Part shown: piece after piece, positions 1-11,200 of the stretch
Numbering within the stretch: position 1 is the stretch's first letter
Layout of the letters: every line of letters starts with the position of its first letter
From: Macrostomum lignano
Lineage: Eukaryota
Reading direction: 5' to 3'
DNA: 64,000 bases
Assembly: GCA_002269645.1 (NCBI GenBank)
Contig: NIVC01001856.1
Span: 62,001-126,000 of the forward strand
The notes under the pieces: model-generated
What the model saw: the letters and a program-made list of their open reading frames with translations, nothing else
What the model was told of the DNA's origin: nothing
Database searches by the model: none
Program-made: the position numbers and the translations under genes

Positions 1-225
1 CATTTTGAGCTCAAATAGACTAACTAGTACCATTTTGAGCTCAAATAGACTAACTAGTACCATTTTGAGCTCAAATAGACTAACTAGTACCATTTTGAGC
101 TCAAATAGACTAACTAGTACCATTTTGAGCTCAAATAGACTAACTAGTACCATTTTGAGCTCAAATAAACTAACTAGTGCCATTTTGAGCTCAAATAGAC
201 TAACTAGTGCCATTTTGAGCTCAAG
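1..225. repeat. 30-bp tandem repeat, about 7.5 copies, truncated by the window edge
   Basis: Unit CATTTTGAGCTCAAATAGACTAACTAGTAC repeated almost perfectly. The 101-aa ORF over it is a repeat artefact. Confidence 0.97.
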
Positions 226-676
226 TAAACCCATGACTGAATATAAAGCATTTGTGTTATATAGTTTATTATCATTCATATTCACAGAATCCGTTATTAC
301 AAATTTTTAACCGTAAATTTATTTTAAAACCTATAAAATTTCTCAAGAATTTAGGCGCATGTTATTCATACTGTGCGTGACTCTAAGCATACAGAATGCG
401 CGCATGTGATTGAGATTCGACAATTGTTGGAATCGGTAAATTGCAATAGCCAAAAACCGCCAGAGTTATTCATCGGACCAAATGTTAACACGTTTAATGC
501 TGCATGTTTTCATTAACTAGTATTGTCTAGCATTTTTAATCGTATTTTCTATTGAAAGTAATATGATTGCGCATTGTTTTTAATTTAACCGCTGCTTTAG
601 TCGTCTGATATCTTAAGTTTTAATACTCGTAGCCTTACTGTGTGCTTGTTCCAGCTCGTTAACCCATAATCCATAG

Positions 677-2582
677 ACGGTTTATTTATTATCGAAAACA
701 AGTTCTCCTCCGACACTACGTGACCGCCCCGTGCATCCCATTGTTCGCTCCAGGCAGCTCAGGCGGCGGCCGCGCCGGCGCCTCCTCCAGCCTGCACTTC
801 CCTATGAAGGACTCGGAGTACTCTGGCTATCAGAACTACCACACCAGGGGGCCGCAGCCGCAGCCGCAGCACAGCCGCTTGGACCGGCTGCCATATCGGA
901 TGCGAGTGTCCGAGTTCTTTAGCGCTCCCATCACCCGCTATTGGATTCACCTCATCACCTATGCCATCTTTATTGTGTCATTTTTTTCCTACGTGCTTGT
1001 TGTGCTACCCGAGAGTAGGTACGTTCGTTGCCATGGTGATTGCGCTCGAATTTTCCCCTGATTCTCATCCCTGATTCCCTGATCCCTTTTTCCCCTTATC
1101 CCCTGATCCCTTGGTCCCTTATCCCCTTCCCATGATCCTTGATCCCCTGATCCCTTATCCCTTATCCCCTTCCCATGATCCTTGATCCCCTGATCCCTTA
1201 TCCCCTGACCGCCCTTATCCCCTGACCCCTTATTCCCTGATCCCATGATCCCTGATCCCTTCCCCCCTGATGGCCTGATCCCCTGATCCCTTATCCCCTG
1301 ATCCCTTAGCCCTTATAATAATGCTAATGATCCCATGATCCCCGATCCCCTGATCCCTTACGCCCTGATCCCCTGATACCTAATCCCCTGATCCCTTATC
1401 CCCTTCCCCTAATCCCCGATCCCCTGATCCCTTATCCTCTCATCCCTTATTCTCTTCCCATGATCCCCTGATCCCTGATCCCATGGTCCCTTATCCCCTG
1501 ATCCCCAAATCCCTAATCCCATGATCCCTGATCCCCTAATCACTTATCCCCTGATCCCCTTATCCCTTGATGCCTTATCCTAATCCCCTCAGCCTCATTT
1601 ATCCCAGAGCCCTCACCCCAATCACTGCATATTCACATGTACTTTCGGTCGTTCCTCTTCGCCAGATTCGTGTGGCAGGAGTACCTGGTATTCGCCTACA
1701 TCGTGTCCTACGCTCTAGACAAAGTTCGCGAGATATCCAATTGCAACGGCCTGACACTGCGAGTGAAGTTGCAAGTACACCTGTCCGATCTGTGGAATAT
1801 CTACGACTTGTGCATCTGCGCCTTCTCTCTGGTCGGCATCGCTCTCCGAGTTGCTTCAGTTCACAGCGTGAACGGCGCCGCCGCTGACAACAGCAGCTTT
1901 GTCGGTTTCTACACCAATTATAGCCTATTGTTGCTAGGCAACGGGTCCGGCCTTGGCGATGCCCACTCGGAATTTGCTCGCCAATTTTACGTGTTCTTTT
2001 GTTCGCACAATATCATGGTTATCTCTCTGGCACTGTGGCTGCTGCGCATATTCGAAGTGCTAATTAACTGGAAGCACCTGGGCCCCTATTTGTACATGGT
2101 GGCAACCATGATCAGCAAGATGCTGCCTCCCGTGGTGATTATCTTTATTCCCCTGTGCGCGTTCGGCATCGTGCGCCAGGGTATCCAGTATCCGCAGTAC
2201 AATACCTTCAACATTACCGTGCTCAAAGGCGTACTGCTCAAGCCTTATTTTATGCTCTACGGCGAGGTCTACGCCGGAGAAATCGATCCGGACGAATGGA
2301 CCGGCCTGGAGTCTCTCATGCCGCTTAGATGCGTGGTGCCAATAGCCATGGTCATCTTCCTGCTCGTGGCCGTTATCGTGTGCATCAGCATTATCATTGC
2401 CGTGTTTAACGACGTCTACCATGAGGTGCACGAGAAGTCTAAACAGGTGTACAAATATCTGCGATTCTCTATTATTATCGAATACGAATCTATGCCAATG
2501 TTTCCGCCGCCATTGACGCTGGTGTCTTGGATCTTCTTGACTGTCAGATGGCTCTATCATAAGCGCTGCAGATTCTGGGGCT

Positions 2583-2640
<58 letters not shown>

Positions 2641-5210
2641 CGGTACGAGTATAACAATAATTGGGGGTAGCAGGTCACTGAGGGGTCGAGTTGTAGCAGG
2701 TCACTGACTGAGGGGTCGAGTGTAGCAGGTCACTGACTGAGGGATCGAGTGTAGCATGTCACTGACTGAGGGGTCGAGTGTAGCAGGTCACTGACTGAGG
2801 GATCGGGGGTTGCAGGTCACTGACTGAGGGGTCGGGGGTTGCAGGTCACTGACTGAGGGGTCGGGGGTTGCAGGTCACTGACTGAGGGGTCGGGGGTTGC
2901 AGGTCACTGACTGAGGGGTCGGGGGTAGAAGGTCACTGACTGAGGGGTCGAGTGTAGCAGGTCACTGACTGAGGGGTCGGGGGTTGCAGGTCACTGACTG
3001 AGGGGTCGGGGGTAGAAGGTCACTGACTGAGGGGTCGAGTGTAGCAGGTCACTGACTGAGGGGTCGAGTGTAGCAGGTCACTGACTGAGGGGTCGGGGGT
3101 TGCAGGTCACTGACTGAGGGGTCGGGGGTAGCAGGTCACTGACTGAGGGATCGGGGGTAGCAGGTCACTGACTGAGGGATCGGGGGTAGCAGGTCACTGG
3201 CTGAGGGATTGGGGATAGCAGGTCACTGACTGAGGGTCGAGTGTAGCAGGTCACTGACTGAGGGGTCGAGTGTAGCAGGTCACTGAATGAGGGGTCGGGG
3301 GTAGCAGGTCACTGACTGAGGGGTCGGGGGTAGCAGGTCACTGACTGAGGGGTCGGGGGTAGCAGGTCACTGACTGAGGGGTCGGGGGTAGCAGGTCACT
3401 GAATGAGGGGTCGAGTGTAGCAGGACACTGACTGAGGGATTGGGGTAGCAGGAGGCTCACTAACTGATATTTCCAACGAACTTCCTCGCGCTCCAGTCAG
3501 CGCCGCTGAATCTACTATCGCCGGCGACGGCGAAGAAAACCGGGTGCACCTGATCACCTCGCTGAAGCTGTTCCTCAAGCAGGACGAAATCGAGGACCTG
3601 CAGGACTTCGAGGAGGAATGCGTCCAGGACTTCCTGCTGAGCCAGACTCGGGCCCAGCGAGAGAAGCTGGACCACCGAATAGCGGCCACCAACCAGCTGG
3701 CGGAGAACACGGCCCTCCGGCTTGAGGACATGATCCAGCGTCAATCCGTCATCAAGCAGATGCTTCAGGTGGTGGATCAGCGAATTTGCACCGGCGGCCC
3801 AGGCGGCTGCGGCAGCAACGCGACAGCTACGGCGGCAGCAGCGGCAGCCGCAGCAGCTGCTGTCGCGACCGCTAGCCCGCCTGCGGCTGCTGCTGCTGCT
3901 GCTGAGCCTGGCGGAGGAGCAAACGGAGTCGCCGAGGCGATGCTGGAGCGTCTGGCTGAAGCCGACGTGCCAGGCAACGAGTCGGTCAGCGCCGCTGTGG
4001 CTGCCGCTGCTGCCGCCGCCGCTACCTCAGCCGCAGCCGCAGTCGCTAGTGCCGGCAATCCGAATGGCAGCGGCATCAGCAGCCGGCTTGGCGGGTCAGG
4101 GCGGCAGAGGTTTAACTCCTCAAGGCACAGGCACCTGTCCAGGCAAAGGTGAGTCACTGAATTAACTCATCTTCAGGAGGGGTATATTTATAACTTTTTT
4201 GTGGAATAATTTTCGGTGCTACATTGAACTACTCAATAAGTAGTAATACAAGTATGCCCACTGTTTAATATTTCAACCTCTCTAGATCGCTCTCGCTCAC
4301 TGAAAGCAAGCATCGCCAACAGCAGCAGGCGTCACGCCGATCTCCGCACGTCAGCGGCGGCAGTACCGGCGGTGGCGCCGCCAGCGTGACACTGTCGGAG
4401 GAGGCGGCCGCGGGTGCCACGTCGCTGACTCAGCCCGACACGCCAGACGTGACCATGCCGGACCAGACTACACCGCTGCTGGACACTGGCTACGGCATCA
4501 GCGGTGGCGGTGGCGGCGGCAGCAGCTCGCAGATGCTTCGTCTGCTATCGGCAACCAACGCCCCGGAGGAGTACACCAGCATCTGCGATGGCATCGAGGT
4601 GCCGCTGCCGATCACTGAGCCACCTAGTCCGCCTTCCCCTGCCAGTGTCGGTGTGCAGCAACCCGTCGACACTGCCAACGCCGGGGGAAGCGGAGGAGGA
4701 GCAGCAGGCGGAGCTGTCGAAGCGATGGACATCGGCGATCGGTCGAGCCTAGCCGACGTCGAGCCTCGCGGAAACGGCGTTGGGATCGCGTTTAGCGACG
4801 TCGGCGCCGCCGGCCAGACCCTGGAGGCGATGCTGCGCAACGCCGAGGAGGCCGAGCGGCTGGCCATGGGGCCGGCATTGAAGCGGCGACTCCGCCAGCT
4901 CAGCTGCACAGGGGCGGCGGAGTCCGCGCCCGCACCGGACGTCGACGATCTGAGCTTGGCGGCGGCCACCGCTCCAGTCGGCGGTTTAGACTCCGCCGGG
5001 GTGACCGCCTCCGAGTCGCTGATTAACATCGTTGAGGAGGTGATGGAGCATCTCACAGACGTGGCCAGCGGCGTAGGCGAAGATGTCGAGGAGCTGGAGG
5101 AGCGGCACCGCGTCGATGACTCTGAGGACGCCGATTCCTCAGACGGCGGCCCGTTGATGATTCGGCCGCCTTCCTCCCTCAAGGACGCGGAGCCGGGCGG
5201 ATCGCTCTGA
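677..5210 (+). CDS. TRPM: TRPM-family cation channel, 3' portion (TM region, TRP domain, coiled coil, long low-complexity tail)
   Basis: Exons ~677(or 703)-1018, 1666-2642, 3497-4148 and 4286-5210. All introns are GT-AG with matching phases (2,1,2). Motifs: pore PYFMLYGEVYAGEID, TRP region EYESMPMFPPPL, LKLFLKQDEIEDLQDFEEECV and YTSICD, as in TRPM1/3/7-type channels. Earlier exons lie outside the window. Confidence 0.93.
1062..1620. repeat. Degenerate TGATCCC(C)/CCCTTATC short-unit repeat in a TRPM intron
   Basis: Visible low-complexity tandem units filling the intron 1019-1665. Confidence 0.9.
2675..3460. repeat. 29-bp minisatellite in a TRPM intron
   Basis: Unit AGCAGGTCACTGACTGAGGGGTCGGGGGT and variants, roughly 27 copies. 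Confidence 0.95.
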
Positions 5211-5610
5211 TCCATCTATGTGCTTATTATATACTCGTATGTGCCTAGTGGCTGCTTGGATTGCTAATCTAGCCAATTATATTGTTTCTGCATCAATTTG
5301 TTGCTGGGATTAGCAATGCTGCTATAAAGCTTATCGAGCTATATACGAAATATATTACTTTATTACCGCATTTTTGCCACTTAAAGCAGTTGATAACTAC
5401 TACTACTAGTAGCAATATAACTTATTACAAATCCGAATGCCATACTACACCAGTGAAATCATGCAGGCGAGAAGTGCCTGAAGATTGGATTGGATTGAGT
5501 AATGAAACTAAATTTTTTTGAGTTTTCCATACCATGGAATCTGGTCGAAAATACATTGAATACATTGAAAAAGATAATAATAATAATCATTAATAAATAC
5601 CTGCCCTAAT

Positions 5611-5879
5611 GACCAGATGTGCAACCGACAGCTCAGCCGCAGCTATTGCGCGGCGCATCTGAAGGCTGCGTACGGCTGTTCAGTCCAAGGACTGGGGGGT
5701 CACCACACAGCCTCAATTACCCCAGCTAATTTTAGCACCAATTTTACAGCTGGGTGAACTGAAGCAATGCAGAGTTAAGTGTCTTGCTCAAGGACACAAA
5801 TTGCTCCGAGTGGGTCAAGAATCGAACCCCCAACCTACCAGTCGTGAGTCGAGCACTTACATCACTAGGCTACAACCCC
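5611..5879 (-). mobile_element. tRNA-derived SINE, copy 1
   Basis: Minus strand begins with a tRNA-like head (A box TAGCCTAGTGA, B box GGTTCGATTC). Central GTGTCCTTGAGCAAGACACTT...CACCCAGCTGTAAA resembles conserved SINE central domains. A second copy is at ~46774-47049. Confidence 0.85.
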
Positions 5880-6899
5880 TTAGTTAAATTATGGAACATA
5901 AGAGATTATTACTAAATTTTCCACGCGTATTGTTAATCAGTATGATTTTTTAATTGTCTGCCTCTCTTTATTTAGAGCTGAAAGTTAAACAATTTACACA
6001 ATGCAATGTCTATTACGCCAGTGACTTACTACTGATAGTAGTAAGCTCAGGATAAGAGCACAAAAATTTAATTTTTAATTAGTAGAAGTGATGGAATGAT
6101 TGACTGCAAATTTGCTTTTTTTAATCTTGAAACAATCTGAAAAACATTCTCCCTACACTACTATTAGTACTCGGGCCTTACCATTATGCTGCTGAGTTAT
6201 GTATTCTGGTTTCCAAGATCTCCACTATTATGCATATACATGTCTATTATTTTCTGATTGTCCCGATTTTCAATTACTAAACTCGCATTCAATCGACCTG
6301 CTCGTGCGCGTCCACTTTTACCTGCTTTATTAGTTTTCTTTCATCCTTTTTTTACCCCCTGTTTGCCTTTCCTTGGTTGCTCGTTAATTATATACAAACT
6401 ATTAACATTATTACTGATTTTTAATTTAACATTTAACAGCTCATCAGGAGAAATATAATTTGCCAAATAAATGTCGCATGCTGTTCAGCCTGATTTGGCG
6501 GTACACTTCTCTCACTCTATACACATTATATATAACCTAATTGCAGTGTCTGCGGAAGCTTATTTTTTCTGATTTCTGACCGACAATCTCTCTTACTAGT
6601 TGGTTGGCGCACTTCTTGTGTGTTCCTGTCTATTTGATGAACCTGTTACTGGTGCTGATGCTAATCTTGAATGTTGAATTTTTTTTTACTAATAACACGC
6701 GCTACTTGCTACTATTTTGTTTTGTCACTTTTTTCTACTGCTTTTCCCGTTTGCATTATAAGTATTTTTAGCTGGCATTGTTGGATTGTCTGAAGCTGGA
6801 TTCGTATCTGATGGCTCTAGCAGCCATTCTTACCTCTGACCTATCTGTCATCTCATCTCTTTTCTCTCCCTGTCTCATCTCTCGATCAGTCTCGTCCCT

Positions 6900-7570
6900 C
6901 CGTATCTCATCTCTACAACATTCTCATGTCTCCGTATCTCATCTCTACATCATTGTCATATCTCCGTATCTCATCTCTATATCATTCTCATATCCCCGTG
7001 TCTCATCTCTATATCATTCTCATATCTCCGTGTCTCATCTCTAAATCATTCTCATGTCCCCGTGTCTCATCTCTATATCATTCTCATATCTTCGTGTCTC
7101 ATCTCTACATCATTCTCATATCTTTGTGTCTCATCTCTATATCATTCTCATGTCTCCGTGTCTCATCTCTACATCATTCTCATATCCCCGTGTCTCATCT
7201 CTATATCATTCTCATATCTCCGTGTCTCATCTCTACATCATTCTCATATCCCCGTGTCTCATCTCTATATCATTCTCATGTCTCCGTGTCTCATCTCTAC
7301 ATCATTCTCATATCCCCGTGTCTCATCTCTATATCATTCTCATATCTCCGTGTCTCATCTCTACATCATTCTCATGTCTGTGTCTCATCTCTATATCATT
7401 CTCATGTCTCCGTGTCTCATCTCTATATCATTCTCATGTCTCCGTGTCTCATCTCTACATCATTCTCATATCCCCGTGTCTCATCTCTATATCATTCTCA
7501 TGTCTCCGTGTCTCATCTCTAAATCATTCTCATGTCTCTGTGTCTCATCTCTATATCATTCTCATGTTTC
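6900..7570. repeat. 32-bp minisatellite
   Basis: Unit CGTGTCTCATCTCTATATCATTCTCATATCTC and variants. Confidence 0.93.
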
Positions 7571-8236
7571 CGGGTATTATCTCTCCATCATTTTCATCTC
7601 TCCCTCATCTTCCTTGCACCGTAGCTCTAATCCCTCTAATTATAATTTGTTCCAGTGCAGCCTATCAAGCAGTGGAGCATTCATCACGGTTCCGAAAAAT
7701 TGCGTGAATTCCGCTTTGATTACTAATTTAGCGAGCTGCACTACCTTTAGCTGACTCAATGAATTAATTACACATTGTTTTTTTTAACCTAGCATTCTAT
7801 AGTGGTATTATACTCGTAAAATATACAAAAAACCAAGCTGATTATTAATATTCAATTTGACGCTTTGTATTTACCTAAGTTTTTCTTGGTTAATACAAGA
7901 ATTATCTTGCTACTTTTTAGCGTAAAATTGTCTTATTGCTACTAGCTATTAGTAGCAAGAACGACATGTTATGAAATTTTATATACACATATCAAGCATA
8001 AATATAAACTTTACTTAGGGAATTTTGTAAAACAGTTGTTTCACTTTTGTTAATATATACCCAGACAAATAGACTAATGAACAGAACCTAATGCTTTCTT
8101 GAGTCGATAGTTATTATTTAAAACCGCCTTGTTTGTTCATGATAAGCTATAAGTTGATATTTTTTATATTTACTAAAAATCAACAAAGACCTGCTATTAC
8201 CACTTGAAGCAACAAAGACGCTATAGAATCCAAGCC

Positions 8237-11200
8237 ATGTCATCACCAGCTGCTGATGAAGCTGCTAAGCGGGAGGCCACCCAGCCAGCCGCCGCTGCCG
8301 CCGATACAGTCGGAGCAGCCGCCACACCGAACGGCGGCAACTACAAAGACTCTGTCAACGCTCTCAGATCAACTTTCCTAAGCGGCCAGACTCGCCCGCT
8401 GTCCTGGCGCCGCAAGCAGCTGGAGGCGCTGTACGCGCTGCTCACCGACCAGGAGGACCGCATCGCGGAGGCGCTCTGGCAGGATCTGCGCAAATGCCGG
8501 CAGGAGGCGGCCGCCGCCGAGCTGCTCATCCTCAAGGCCGACATTGCCAAGCTGAACCGCGACCTGCCTCAGCTGACCGACATTCATAAAGTGAAGAAGA
8601 CCTTCATTAGCATGATGGACAACCTCGGCCTGCAGCAACAGCCATACGGAGTCGCCCTCATTATCGGCGCCTGGAATTATCCGTTCCAGCTGACTCTGAT
8701 GCCGCTGGCCGGCGCCATCGCAGCTGGCAACTGCGCTCTGGTCAAGCCGTCCGAGATTGCCTCGGCCTCCGCCGCCTTGCTGGCCGAACTGGTGCCCAAG
8801 TATCTGGACCAATCCTGCATCCGTGTTGTCTGCGGCGGCGCCAAGGAGACCCAGGAGCTGCTCGAGCAGCGATTCGATTATATCTTTTATACTGGCAGCT
8901 CCCGAGTTGGCCGGCTGGTCATGGCCGCCGCTAGCAAGCACCTGACCCCGGTGACACTCGAACTGGGCGGCAAGTCCCCCGTCTACGTGTCCGAAGGAGT
9001 GGATTTGGGCCAGGTGAGATGGGATCTGGGCTTAGGTGAGAATGGGATAGAAACTGGTCAGGTGATATGGGATCTAGGCCGGGTGAGATGGGATCTGGGC
9101 CAGGTGAGATTGAATCTGGGCCAGGTGAGATCGGATCTGGGCCAGGTGAGATTGGATCTGGGCTTAGGTGAAAATGAGATAGAAACTGGCCAGGTGATAT
9201 GGGATCTAGGCTAGGTGAGATGGGATCTGGGTTGAGTGAAGTGGATCTGGACTAGGTGAGATGGGATCTGGGCTTAGGTGAGAATGAGATAGAAACTGGC
9301 CAGGTGATATGGGATCTGGGCCGGGTGAGATGGGATCTGGGCCAGGTGAGATTGAATCTGGGCCAGGTGAGATCGGATCTGGGCCAGGTGAGATGGGATC
9401 TGGGCCAGGTGAGATTGGATCTTGGTCAGGTGAGATCGGATCTGGGCCAGGTAAGATTGAATCTGGGCCAGGTAAGATTGAATCTGGGCCAGGTAAGATT
9501 GAATCTGGGCCAGGTGAGATTAGACCTAGGCCAGGTGAGATCGGATCTGGGCCAGGTGAGATTGGACTCTATTTCAGGTGAGATACTCTTCTTGTCCCCC
9601 GTAGGTGTCCAAGCGGCTAGTCTGGGGCAAGTTCTTAAACGCAGGCCAGACGTGCATCGCCCCGGACTATGTGATGTGCCCGCCGGAGCTGGCCCAGCCG
9701 CTGGCCGACGCCGTTGCCGCTCAGATTGCGGAGTTCTACGGCCAGGACCCGAAGGCCAGTCCAGACTATGGCCGGATCGTGTCCGATAGAATGTTCGACA
9801 GGATTGTCGGCCTAATGCAGGCTAGCAAAGCTGATAGGTGGGCCGGTTTGCCTCGCTCTGTTGGTTGCTAAATAGGACATTCTTCTCTTCTGCTAACAGG
9901 GGAATTTTATTCGATGGTAGGGGGATTCTTCTGAGCTGATAAGTGAATTTCCAATTTTTTAAGATCCGACTGAATACTTTTAGGCGGGATTTCTGACTCG
10001 CTCTGGGCGAGTTTATTGCTTTATTAGTGGGGGAATTTACGGCCCGATTAAGAGATAATTATTTTTTTACGAATTTATTGTTGCACTAAAGGAAGATTTT
10101 CTAAATCACTTAGGAGATATTTTTTTCTTGTGCTAACAAGAGATTTTGATTAGGAGGGAATCTCTTACCAGCTCAGAGAGGGAATCTCTCCGGCTCAGGG
10201 AGGGAATCTCTCACTAGCTTTGGGAGGGAATCTCTCACCGGCTCAGGGAGGGAATCTCTCACTAGCTTTGGGAGGGTATCTCTCACCGGCTCAGGGAGGG
10301 AATCTCTCACTAGCTTTGGGAGGGAATCTCTCACCGGCTCAGGGAGGGAATCTCTCACTAGCTTTGGGAGGGAATCTCTCACCGGCTCAGGGTGGGAATC
10401 TCTCACTAGCTTTGGGAGGGAATCTCTCACCGGCTCAGGGAGGGAATCTCTCACTAGCTTTGGGAGGGAATCTCTCACCAGCTCAAAGAGGGAATCTCTC
10501 ACCAGCTCAGAGAGGGAATCTCTCACTAGCTTTGGGGGGGAATCTCTCACCAGCTGAGAGAGGGAATCTCTCACCAGCTCAGAGAGGGAATCTCTCACTA
10601 GCTTTGGGAGGGAATCTCTCACCAGCTCAGAGAGGGAATCTCTCACCGGCTCAGGGAGGGAATCTCTCACCAGCTCAGAGAGGGAATCTCTCACCGGCTC
10701 AGGGAGGGAATCTCTCACTAGCTTTGGGAGGGAATCTCTCACCGGCTCAGGTAGGAAATCTCTCACTAGCTTTGGGAGGGAATCTCTCACCAGCTGAGAG
10801 AGGGAATCTCTCACCGGCTCAGGGAGGTAATCTCTCACTAGCTTTGGGAGGGAATCTCTCACCAGCTCAGAGAGGGAATCTCTCACCGGCTCAGGGAGGG
10901 AATCTCTCACCAGCTCAGAGAGGGAATCTCTCACCGGCTCAGGGAGGGAATCTCTCACTAGCTTTGGGAGGGAATCTCTCACTAGCTTTGGGAGGGAATC
11001 TCTCACCGGCTCAGGGAGGGAATCTCTCACTAGCTTTGGGAGGGAATCTCTCACCAGCTCAGAGAGGGAATCTCTCACCGGCTCAGGGAGGGAATCTCTC
11101 ACTAGCTTTGGGAGGGAATCTCTCACTAGCTTTGGGAGGGAATCTCTCACCAGCTCAGAGAGGGAATCTCTCACCGGCTCAGGGAGGGAATCTCTCACTA

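Noticed and set aside
3396-5215. Antisense ORFs over TRPM, AGGF1, the LINE and the channel
   Set aside because: Expected shadows of GC-rich coding sequence.
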